A DNA stretch of 64,000 nucleotides from Bacteroidales bacterium (GTDB lineage Bacteria; Bacteroidota; Bacteroidia; Bacteroidales; UBA1402). The stretch is from NCBI GenBank assembly GCA_017380635.1, contig JAFODP010000004.1, positions 86,828 through 150,827 of the forward strand, written 5' to 3'. Made by a program: the position numbers and the translations under genes. Within the stretch, counting starts at the first letter, position 1. The number at the start of each line of letters is the position of its first letter. Shown in pieces: positions 1-8,331 of the stretch. Under the pieces are notes generated by a model. The model worked only from the letters and a program-made list of their open reading frames with translations, was not told the DNA's origin and ran no database searches.

Positions 1-861
1 GTTGAATACGCCGCTCATTTCGCCGGCCATGCAAAAACCACACTGATCGCAAACACCTTGTTCATAACCAATACATTGCGCTTTGCGCGAACCATCGGTG
101 AAGATAAAATTGGTCACCCAACACTGCGGTTTGAAATGCAAATCTTTCATCTTTTTCAAGCCGGGAATGGAGTTCATAATGGGATAACCTTTTCGCTTGT
201 AATCGATAATCAGGTCGATAATTTCGTGACGACGTCTTTCGTCGAGCGCCAGATATTCCGTTCCGGCAAAAGGCGTGTGGAAATTGAGCGAAATAGATTG
301 GATATGAGGATTGCTTTTCACGTACTCGATGGTTTGTGCCACCGCCGTATGATTGAGCGTATTGATAGCCATATTCACCGAAAGGGCCTTGTGTCCGCAA
401 GTGGCGATATTCTGTTCCAAACGGGCAAAAGTGCCTTTACCGCGCACCGCTTCGTGAAACTCGCCATAACCATCCAAACTAACCCAGATGCTATCGGCAC
501 GAGAATTGGGGAAAGGCTTCTGCGCGTTGGTGGTGATGGTGCAAGAGAAAAATCCCATCGATTTGGCTAAGTCGCAAAGGTCGTTGATATCGCGTCCGTT
601 GTCTTCCCAAATGAAGGGTTCGCCGCCTTCAAAATCGACAAAACGTGAGCCCTGGTCGTAGCAATATTGCAGTTCCTCGCGGATTTGTTCAAATGTCTTG
701 TTCAGCGGATTCTTATGATTATAGACACTGCAATGCTTGCAGGAAAGATTGCAACGGTCTGAGATAAAAATAACGCTTTGCAAAGGACGACGTCGACCAA
801 AGAATCTGGCGCCGATAAACCAATAGGCTAAATAAAACAGTTGTTTGATTTTCAGAAACAT
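1..861 (-). CDS. Radical SAM protein, 3'-truncated by the window edge
   Basis: Absent from the ORF track because it has no in-window stop. Manual minus-strand translation from the ATG at 861 gives MFLKIKQLFYLAYWFIGARFFGRRRPLQSVIFISDRCNLSCKHCSVY... This carries the CxxxCxxC 4Fe-4S/SAM motif (CNLSCKHC), an FEGGEPF motif and a Cys-rich distal part (CDQCGFCMAGE). The frame stays open for 287 codons to position 1. The start overlaps the stop of the upstream UbiA gene by 10 nt. Confidence 0.8.
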   Translation of the reverse strand, partial: MFLKIKQLFYLAYWFIGARFFGRRRPLQSVIFISDRCNLSCKHCSVYNHKNPLNKTFEQIREELQYCYDQGSRFVDFEGGEPFIWEDNGRDINDLCDLAKSMGFFSCTITTNAQKPFPNSRADSIWVSLDGYGEFHEAVRGKGTFARLEQNIATCGHKALSVNMAINTLNHTAVAQTIEYVKSNPHIQSISLNFHTPFAGTEYLALDERRRHEIIDLIIDYKRKGYPIMNSIPGLKKMKDLHFKPQCWVTNFIFTDGSRKAQCIGYEQGVCDQCGFCMAGEMSGVFN

Positions 862-1859
862 ATCAGATAAATAATATGAGCAATGATACTTAATTGACAA
901 AAAGCGGAGATGGTGTTGCGGGCGGCATACCATCGTATCATGAACCAATCGGTGCCGCTCTGACAAATGCGTTCCCAGTTTTCCATGCGTCCCATGAAGC
1001 GGGGCGGTTGTTGAGTGGGGAGGGCGTCGTTGCGAGCGAATGCGAGCAACGACGACAGCAGCCAGAGAGCGCGCGGCAAGGCAAGCAACACCAAAAGATA
1101 CAGCCAGTGCAGTTGCGCTGTGATTACACCCAACACAACAATAACAAAGGGCAAAAGATTGATAATGAAACTGGCTGCCAGATTGGCTTTATTGCTTTTG
1201 AGCAAACGGGCAAAAGTCATCTTGTGCGATGCTTCGTCGGCCGCTTGGTCGATAAAGCTATGCGTAAAGAGAATATTCAGCACCAAGAGGCCCACCGGCA
1301 CAGACATATACACGATAGACATATCAAATTGTCCGCAAGCCGACACATACACACCCGTCATCAAGAGCGGTCCAAAAATGATGCCGATCACTACTTCACC
1401 CAAACCTCTGTAACTGAGCTTCAATGGCGGAGCTGAATAAAACACGCCCATCAAAAGCGTCAGCAAAAAGATGTAGAGCAAAATATTAGAACGATGCAGC
1501 CAAACGATAAAGCCCAACACCACGGCCAACAAAAAGAAAACAGCGATGGCAATGCGCAAATCTTTCAACGTAGCGCTTCCATCTATCAGATAAGGATATT
1601 TCACGTGACGTGCACGAATACCCTTGCGTTGCAATTCCTCGCGCGATTTGGCCGAATTTTCGTAATAATCGAAATAATCGTCGCAAAGATTCAAGCCCAA
1701 ATGCGCCATCATCACACCTACAACCGCCATCAAAGCCAAAGGCAGCGAGAATCCCTCATGTCCATAAGCCAGTACCACAGCCAAACAGGCCGGCATCATA
1801 CTCTGCATCAAAGAAGTAGGACGCGCATTATGCCACCAGGCTTTAAGTTGTTTCATCAT
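852..1859 (-). CDS. UbiA-family (MenA-like) integral-membrane prenyltransferase
   Basis: 335-aa polytopic hydrophobic protein. N-terminus is WWHNARPTSLMQSMMPACLAVVLA (UbiA/MenA style). Asp-rich motif NLCDDYFDYYENS fits NxxxDxxxD. Sits in the operon lpxB-aminopeptidase-UbiA-radical SAM. Confidence 0.75.
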   Translation of the reverse strand: MMKQLKAWWHNARPTSLMQSMMPACLAVVLAYGHEGFSLPLALMAVVGVMMAHLGLNLCDDYFDYYENSAKSREELQRKGIRARHVKYPYLIDGSATLKDLRIAIAVFFLLAVVLGFIVWLHRSNILLYIFLLTLLMGVFYSAPPLKLSYRGLGEVVIGIIFGPLLMTGVYVSACGQFDMSIVYMSVPVGLLVLNILFTHSFIDQAADEASHKMTFARLLKSNKANLAASFIINLLPFVIVVLGVITAQLHWLYLLVLLALPRALWLLSSLLAFARNDALPTQQPPRFMGRMENWERICQSGTDWFMIRWYAARNTISAFCQLSIIAHIIYLICF

Positions 1860-1871
1860 CCTTCGAAGAAA

Positions 1872-3167
1872 TTAAATATTATAGAATGTTGTAAATGCCT
1901 TGCAAACATATTCATGATCGACCACAGCCATGGTTTCGCGTACCGAGTGCATGGCCCACATGGGATTGCCCATATCTACGCCACGGATAGGCATTTGCGC
2001 GGTGAGAATGTTGCCCAAAGTAGAACCTCCGGCCATATCGGAATGATTCACAAAGTACTGACAGGGCACCTGAGCGCGGCGGCAGATTTCTGCGAAAACA
2101 GCCGCCGAATCGGCATCCGTCACATATTTCTGATTGGCATTAATCTTGATAACCGGGCCGCCACCCATTTTGGGATGATTGGTGGGATCGTGTTTTTCCA
2201 CATAATTGGGATGCAGGGCGTGCGCCATATCGGCCGACACCATGAAAGATTTTTCCAAGGAACGATAAGCATCTTCCATCGTGCCGCCTTGTGCCAACAC
2301 GATACGTTCCAAGAGATTTTTCAGGATGGGAGAAGCCGCGCCTTGTTTGGTTCCGCTACCGGTTTCTTCGTTGTCGAAAACAGCCAGTACCTGCGTCATT
2401 TCACCGGGCTGCGACTGCAGCAACGCATGCAATCCGGCATGAACCATAGCCAAGTCGTCCAAACGACCGCAACTCAAGAATTCCTGATGCAAGCCCACCA
2501 AGGTAGCAGGCTGGGTATCGTACAAATACAAATCGAAATCGATGATTTCTTCGGCCGACACTTTCAATTCTTCGCAAAGCATCTTGAGCAAGAGATTGTC
2601 TTTTTCGAAAGTATCGTTGAGCATGGCCAACACGGGCAGCATATCTTTCTGTTTGCTAAGCGCGTTGCCTTCGTTCACCTGACGGTTGAAGTGGATAGCC
2701 AAATGAGGAATCGTGAGCAGCGCTTGCTTGAAATGCACCGTTTTCTGTGTGGGATACAGCGGATTTTCGCCACGCAAGATAACACGTCCGGCCAAAGACA
2801 ATGGACGATCGAACCAAGTATAGAGAATGGGACCGCCATACACTTCGGTATTGAGTTTCAACACGCCGGCCTGAGTCATTTCGGCAGCAGGCTTCACACG
2901 GAAACAGGGCGAATCGCTATGCGCACAAATCAACTTGAAACCACTGTCGGCCAAGGGCTTGCTGCCTAAACGGAAAGCCATGACTGCACTGCCGTTTTTC
3001 TTGAGGTAGTAGCCTTTGCCGGCCTGCAAGGCCGGCAAAGCGGCCGCCATATCCAAAGCTTCGAATCCGGCATCTTTCAAACGATTTTCCACATATTCAG
3101 CGGCTAAAAAATTGACGGGAGAAGCATCGAGCATCGCCATCAAATCTTGAATCAAAGTCTTTTGCAT
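1872..3167 (-). CDS. M18-family aminopeptidase (aspartyl aminopeptidase-like)
   Basis: 431 aa. Family-typical motifs include CAHSDSPCFRVKP, FDNEETGS and SADMAHALHPNY. Lies 2 nt downstream of lpxB. Confidence 0.85.
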   Translation of the reverse strand: MQKTLIQDLMAMLDASPVNFLAAEYVENRLKDAGFEALDMAAALPALQAGKGYYLKKNGSAVMAFRLGSKPLADSGFKLICAHSDSPCFRVKPAAEMTQAGVLKLNTEVYGGPILYTWFDRPLSLAGRVILRGENPLYPTQKTVHFKQALLTIPHLAIHFNRQVNEGNALSKQKDMLPVLAMLNDTFEKDNLLLKMLCEELKVSAEEIIDFDLYLYDTQPATLVGLHQEFLSCGRLDDLAMVHAGLHALLQSQPGEMTQVLAVFDNEETGSGTKQGAASPILKNLLERIVLAQGGTMEDAYRSLEKSFMVSADMAHALHPNYVEKHDPTNHPKMGGGPVIKINANQKYVTDADSAAVFAEICRRAQVPCQYFVNHSDMAGGSTLGNILTAQMPIRGVDMGNPMWAMHSVRETMAVVDHEYVCKAFTTFYNI

Positions 3168-3169
3168 AA

Positions 3170-4318
3170 TTATGATTGTTTTAAATATTTCAACATTAAA
3201 TCGGCCGTATGTTCAGCGGCTCCGGCTGGCCCAAGCAACTGATGCATACGCGCATATTCCTGCAAGATATTCTCTCTTGACGAATCTTGCAAAATCAGCG
3301 CCAGTTCGCGAGCGATATTACCAACGCTACATTCGTACGACACCAATTCGCGCACCACTTCGCGGCCGGCCACCAAATTGACCAAAGAAATGAAAGGCGT
3401 TCGAATAAAATATTTCCGAACCAATCGGGTAAGAAATTTACCACCTTTCATGTAATAACAAACCACTTGCGGCACATCGAAAAGCGCGGTTTCGAGCGTA
3501 GCCGTTCCCGACACCACCAAAGCCGCGTGCGCTTGCTGCAACAAAGCATAAGTCTGATCGAAAACTATCGGAAAATCAAAGCCTTGCATATATCGACGAT
3601 AGGCTTCCATGTTTTGTCCCGGAGCTCCCGAAATCACTATTTGATAATCGTTTTGATAAGCCGCGGCCGCCTGCAACATCAAGGGAAAATTTTGACGGAT
3701 TTCCTGACTGCGACTGCCGGGAAGAATGGCCAAAATCGGTTTCTGCAGCAACAAAGGCGCATCGTTCTGCAAACGCAAAAGCGGTGCCTGCGGATGATTT
3801 TCCAAGTAAGCCGATACCGAATCTACCGAAGGATTGCCTACATAATCGACAGCATAATTTCTATCGGCAAACCATTGTTTTTCAAAGGGAAAGACGATAT
3901 ACATTTTGTCGACGTAAGCACGAAATTGATTGATACGATAACTTTTCCAAGCCCAAATTTTCGGAGAAATGTAGTAATGCACGGGCAAGGAAGGACAATG
4001 CGTCTTGACAAACTTGGCTATCTTCAGATTAAAGCCGGCATAATCGACCAAAATAAGCACATCGGGCTGCCAAGCGAGAATATCCTCTTGACAAAGCTTC
4101 ATATTTTTCAAGATGATACGCGCATGCAACAGCACCGGAATGAAACCCATATAGGCCATTTCCCGATAATGACGCACCAAACTGCCGCCTTGTGCTGCCA
4201 TTTTATCGCCACCGAAAAAGCGGAATTCAGCCTGTTCATCCCTCTGTTTCAGCGCTTTCATCAAGTTGGAGGCATGCAAATCGCCGGAGGCTTCGCCCGC
4301 AATCAGATAATACTTCAT
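3170..4318 (-). CDS. lpxB: Lipid-A-disaccharide synthase
   Basis: 382 aa. N-terminus MKYYLIAGEASGDLHASNLMKAL is the canonical LpxB start. GT19-like length and layout. Confidence 0.9.
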   Translation of the reverse strand: MKYYLIAGEASGDLHASNLMKALKQRDEQAEFRFFGGDKMAAQGGSLVRHYREMAYMGFIPVLLHARIILKNMKLCQEDILAWQPDVLILVDYAGFNLKIAKFVKTHCPSLPVHYYISPKIWAWKSYRINQFRAYVDKMYIVFPFEKQWFADRNYAVDYVGNPSVDSVSAYLENHPQAPLLRLQNDAPLLLQKPILAILPGSRSQEIRQNFPLMLQAAAAYQNDYQIVISGAPGQNMEAYRRYMQGFDFPIVFDQTYALLQQAHAALVVSGTATLETALFDVPQVVCYYMKGGKFLTRLVRKYFIRTPFISLVNLVAGREVVRELVSYECSVGNIARELALILQDSSRENILQEYARMHQLLGPAGAAEHTADLMLKYLKQS

Positions 4319-4443
4319 ACTTGAAAAAATATGATTTTTGAACCCACAAAGGTAACGAATGCCGAGTTAAGAAAAAACAAGCACTTGATTTTTATTTTAG
4401 CGATGCAATCACTACCTTTGTCGGTTATAAATTTTGTTCATTT

Positions 4444-5211
4444 ATGGGAAAAATCATTGCCATCGCAAACCAAAAAGGCGGGGTTGGAAAAACCACCACA
4501 ACCATCAATCTGGCAGCATCTTTAGCTGTTCAGGAAAAGAAAGTATTGGTGGTTGACGCCGATCCTCAAGCCAACGCATCTTCCGGTTTGGGCATCGACA
4601 TCCGTCAGGTGGAAACGACCATCTACGAATGTATGATAGATCAGGTGCCGGCCGAAAATGCCATCAAAAACACAGAAATCAATTATCTGGACGTATTACC
4701 TTCGCATATCGACTTGGTGGGAGCCGAATTAGAAATGATACAACTTCCTCAGCGCGAGTATATTATGAAAAATATGCTGCAAGCCGTGCGCGATCGTTAC
4801 GATTATATTCTGATTGATTGTTCGCCCTCTTTGGGGCTGATTACGGTAAACTGCCTCACGGCGGCCGACTCGGTGCTGATTCCGGTACAATGCGAATATT
4901 TCGCCCTCGAAGGAATCAGTAAATTGTTGAATACCATCAAGATAATCAAGAGCGGACTAAACAAGGCTTTGGAAATCGAAGGCTTCCTGCTCACCATGTA
5001 CGATGGTCGTCTGCGAAGCGCCCGCCAAGTGGCCGACGAAGTGCGTAAGCATTTCCAGAATTTGGTCTTCAACACGATGATTCAACGTAATGTCACGCTG
5101 AGCGTTGCGCCCAGTCACGGCGAGCCCGCCCTACTCTACGATGCCGACTCGAAAGGCGCCATCGACCACATTCAATTAGCATTGGAAATCATTCAAAAGA
5201 ACAAACACTAA
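4444..5211 (+). CDS. parA: ParA/Soj chromosome-partitioning ATPase
   Basis: 255 aa. Deviant Walker [15 protein letters not shown]. Followed by parB with a 1-nt overlap. Confidence 0.9.
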   Translation: MGKIIAIANQKGGVGKTTTTINLAASLAVQEKKVLVVDADPQANASSGLGIDIRQVETTIYECMIDQVPAENAIKNTEINYLDVLPSHIDLVGAELEMIQLPQREYIMKNMLQAVRDRYDYILIDCSPSLGLITVNCLTAADSVLIPVQCEYFALEGISKLLNTIKIIKSGLNKALEIEGFLLTMYDGRLRSARQVADEVRKHFQNLVFNTMIQRNVTLSVAPSHGEPALLYDADSKGAIDHIQLALEIIQKNKH

Positions 5212-6083
5212 TGGCAAAAAGACACGACTTGGGCCGAGGACTCGGCGCCCTGATAAGCACAGAAGAAGTTCAAACCGTGGGATCTTCGTCCATCAGCGAA
5301 ATTCCATTGAGTCAGATACATCCCAATCCCAACCAGCCTCGCCAGGAATTCGAAGAAGAAGCCTTGGAAGAGTTGGCTGTTTCTATTCGTCAATTGGGTA
5401 TTATTCAGCCTATTACCTTGCGAAAAATAAGCGAGGGCAATTATCAGATTATTTCGGGAGAACGTCGTTATCGCGCTTCGAAATCGATAGGTTTGGAGCA
5501 GATTCCCGCTTACATCAAGACCACCGAAGACGAGCAGGTGATGGAAATGGCGCTCATCGAAAACATCCAGCGCGAAGACCTGAATGCCATCGAAGTGGCT
5601 TTGGCTTATCAGAAACTGCTGGAAGTGTACAAGTTGACCCACGAAAAATTGAGCGAACGCCTGGGCAAGAAACGCGCCACCATCAGCAATTATCTTCGTT
5701 TGTTGAAACTGCCTGCCGAAATCCAAATCGGACTGAAAGACAAGAAGATAGAAATGGGACATGCCCGCGCTTTGGCCGGCATCGACGATTCTCAATGGCA
5801 ATTGCAACTTTATCACGACATCGTGCTGCACGGCTATTCGGTGCGCAAGGTGGAAGATATCATCAAGCAATATTCTCCCGAAAACATTGCTCGTCAAAAG
5901 GCTGAAAAACAAGCTAAAAAGAAATTGCAAAGCGAATATATCGACTTGCAGAAACTGTTGTCGGAAAAATTGGGCACAAAAGTAAAACTCAACGTCGATG
6001 CTTCGGGAAAAGGCAGCATCAATATTCCTTTTAAATCGGAAAAGAAACTGGAAGAAATCTTGGCTTGTTTGGACAAAATCTGA
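5211..6083 (+). CDS. parB: ParB/Spo0J partition protein
   Basis: 290 aa. GRGLGALI N-terminal box, the ParB box ISGERRYRA, and an HTH region. Confidence 0.9.
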   Translation: MAKRHDLGRGLGALISTEEVQTVGSSSISEIPLSQIHPNPNQPRQEFEEEALEELAVSIRQLGIIQPITLRKISEGNYQIISGERRYRASKSIGLEQIPAYIKTTEDEQVMEMALIENIQREDLNAIEVALAYQKLLEVYKLTHEKLSERLGKKRATISNYLRLLKLPAEIQIGLKDKKIEMGHARALAGIDDSQWQLQLYHDIVLHGYSVRKVEDIIKQYSPENIARQKAEKQAKKKLQSEYIDLQKLLSEKLGTKVKLNVDASGKGSINIPFKSEKKLEEILACLDKI

Positions 6084-6084
6084 T

Positions 6085-6945
6085 ATGCGAACAACCTTTT
6101 ACATAAAGTTCTGTGTATGTTTACTTTGTCTGTCGGTGAGCTTAGGCTTGTCGGCCAAGGATGCTACGCGCGTTTCGCCTAAGCAAATGACCAGCCTTGT
6201 CATGCCTGAAGACAGCGTCCACAAAGCTTCGCGCAGCATGCAAAAAGCCGCAACCGGGAGAAATTCGACGGAGAGAATTTCGATGCCGGAAACCATAACA
6301 GAAAAAACCGCAACCCGAGAAACCTCGACAGAAGAAATTTCATCCCAAGAAGCTGCTCCAGAAGAAGTTGCAAGCCAGGAAGTTTCAACAGAAAAAATTG
6401 CGACAGAAGAGAATTTGCCGGAGGAAAAAGAAAGTTTCGTTCCCGATTCTAACAAAGCCATTTGGTATGCTGCGCTCTGCCCCGGTTTGGGACAAATTTA
6501 CAACCGTCGTTATTGGAAACTTCCCATCGTGGCCAGTGGCATTGTGGGTGTGAGTTATGCCATCAGTTGGAACGGAAAATATTACGAAGCTTACACTTAC
6601 GCCTATCGCGACTTGATTGACGGCGACCCCAATACCAATTATTTCAGGGAACTGATTCCGCCCGGCGCGAATTATTCCGAATCGCAGATGCAGACGCTGT
6701 TCAAGAACCGCCAGCAAACTTTCCGTCGTCAGCGCGATTTGAGCATTATTGTGGGTGTTGGCTTTTACCTTATTTGTTTGTTGGATGCCTATGTAGATGC
6801 CGAATTGTTCAATTTCGACATCAGCGACAATTTAAGTTTTCACTGGGGAAGCGAGAGCGAGGAAATGCCGCAATGGCGCGAACCACAATGGCGATTTGTA
6901 GAAGAGCCACAAAACCTTAATCTTAGTTTCAGCCTTCATTTCTAA
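6085..6945 (+). CDS. DUF5683-like membrane protein with an acidic S/T/E-rich linker
   Basis: I place the start at the in-frame ATG at 6085 (MRTTFYIKFCVCLLCLSVSLGLSA signal/anchor) rather than the ORF-track 5998, which overlaps parB. C-terminal part AALCPGLGQIYNRRYWKLPIV... resembles the DUF5683 proteins that follow parB in Bacteroidales. Confidence 0.7.
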   Translation: MRTTFYIKFCVCLLCLSVSLGLSAKDATRVSPKQMTSLVMPEDSVHKASRSMQKAATGRNSTERISMPETITEKTATRETSTEEISSQEAAPEEVASQEVSTEKIATEENLPEEKESFVPDSNKAIWYAALCPGLGQIYNRRYWKLPIVASGIVGVSYAISWNGKYYEAYTYAYRDLIDGDPNTNYFRELIPPGANYSESQMQTLFKNRQQTFRRQRDLSIIVGVGFYLICLLDAYVDAELFNFDISDNLSFHWGSESEEMPQWREPQWRFVEEPQNLNLSFSLHF

Positions 6946-6953
6946 TTTTTTGT

Positions 6954-8330
6954 ATGAGATTCATTATCAGCCTTATCATAGCACTTATATGGGCCACGCC
7001 GCAAATGGATGCCGCGAGCGCGAAAGCTAAAGATCTGCCCATCAAAAGCAAACGTCTGCGCAAGGAAAGCAGCGAAATGCTACGCGTGGACACCATTTAT
7101 CTGACGGACACCATTGTTCTGACGCAAGCACCCGAAGCATTGATTATCAAGATAGACTCTTCTTATCTGTTGGACGACACGCTGCTCAATCCGCTTTCGT
7201 ATATCGACAGCAGCATCGACAGTCTGTACATGGAATGGCGCGATGCCGGCTTGCTCAAAACGCACGAACATTGCATCGAAATGCCCGACAATCAGGATAT
7301 TCCCGACGAAGTTTTCTTGCAGCGCATCGCCGCTTTGCCCAACGTGATTCCCTGTTCGTACAACAAGATTGTGCGTCGTTTCATCGAAATGTATCTCTAT
7401 CAGCGCCCCGGGCAAGTAAGCAACATGTTGGCCATGTCCGACTATTATTTCCCCATTTTCGAAGAAGTGCTGGAAAGACATCAACTGCCTTTGGAACTGA
7501 AATATTTGCCGGTGATAGAATCGGGCTTGAATCCGAATGCCGTTTCCAAAATGGGCGCGGCCGGCCTTTGGCAATTCATGTACTCGACGGGAAAAATGTA
7601 TGGCCTGCAAATAAACAGCCTCACCGACGAACGTCGCGACCCGGTGAAATCGACCGAAGCGGCCGCCAAATTCCTAAAATCGTTGTACGACATGTTTGGC
7701 GACTGGAACCTGGCCATCGCGGCTTACAACTGTGGTCCGGGCAACGTGCGTAAAGCCATCGCGCGTAGCGGTTACAGCAAAGATTTCTGGAAAATTTATT
7801 ATCATCTGCCTCGCGAAACGCGCAGCTACGTACCTATTTTCATTGCCGCCAATTATGTGATGGTGTATCACGCCGAACATGGCATCTGCCCCGCCGAAGT
7901 TGAATTTCCGCTGGTCTGCGATACCTTCATGATTGAGGAAAACATGCACTTCAAACAGATTGCCACTGTCTGCGACATTCCGATGAATGATATCAAGAAA
8001 CTGAATCCGCATTTCCGTAGCGAGATTGCGCATGGTAGCGAAAAAACAGCCGGCGTGCTGTATCTGCCAAGCCAGTACACAACGCGATTCATTCAGTGGC
8101 AAGACAGCATTCCCAACTACAAGAAAAAAGAATTGCTCAACGATAAACTTACCGCCAAGCCTTACAATCCTTATCGTGCCAATGGAGAAGCCGTCGTGTA
8201 TCGGGTGCGCTCGGGCGACAATCTCTACAACATCGCGCGAAAATATGGCGTTTCGGTAAGCAAAATCAAATCGTGGAACAACCTGAAAAGTGATATGCTC
8301 CAAATTGGACAACGTTTGATAATTTATTGA
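6954..8330 (+). CDS. Lytic transglycosylase (SLT domain, MltD-like) with a C-terminal LysM
   Basis: 458 aa with a signal peptide. SLT motifs ESGLNPNAVSKMGAAGLWQFM and AAYNCGPGNV. LysM at the end: YRVRSGDNLYNIARKYGVSVSKIKSWNNL. Confidence 0.8.
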   Translation: MRFIISLIIALIWATPQMDAASAKAKDLPIKSKRLRKESSEMLRVDTIYLTDTIVLTQAPEALIIKIDSSYLLDDTLLNPLSYIDSSIDSLYMEWRDAGLLKTHEHCIEMPDNQDIPDEVFLQRIAALPNVIPCSYNKIVRRFIEMYLYQRPGQVSNMLAMSDYYFPIFEEVLERHQLPLELKYLPVIESGLNPNAVSKMGAAGLWQFMYSTGKMYGLQINSLTDERRDPVKSTEAAAKFLKSLYDMFGDWNLAIAAYNCGPGNVRKAIARSGYSKDFWKIYYHLPRETRSYVPIFIAANYVMVYHAEHGICPAEVEFPLVCDTFMIEENMHFKQIATVCDIPMNDIKKLNPHFRSEIAHGSEKTAGVLYLPSQYTTRFIQWQDSIPNYKKKELLNDKLTAKPYNPYRANGEAVVYRVRSGDNLYNIARKYGVSVSKIKSWNNLKSDMLQIGQRLIIY

Positions 8331-8331
8331 T

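Noticed and set aside
1494-2969. Long ORFs antisense to well-supported genes. Examples: 1494-2969+, 3287-4324+, 5208-5930-, 12109-13491+, 19276-20208-, 20662-21591+, 22073-23065+, 24213-25109+, 25963-26721+, 33730-34590+, 40030-40872-, 41263-42066-, 42090-42896-, 43750-44520-, 46749-48152-, 49865-51262-, 55797-56561+, 57015-57851- and 61879-62844-.
   Set aside because: Each lies opposite a gene with clear family motifs. Their translations are low-complexity (rich in H/R/F/I/V), have no recognisable motifs, and have no independent start context. They are typical shadow ORFs of codon-biased genes.
4347-4420. Isolated TAnnTTTG boxes in the lpxB/parA divergent region (TACCTTTG at 4413-4420 on the plus strand and at 4354-4347 on the minus strand) and upstream of pckA (TATCTTTG, 61079-61086).
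   Set aside because: The -7-like boxes are present, but I found no TTTG -33 element at 19-21 nt spacing. I therefore did not list them as promoter features.
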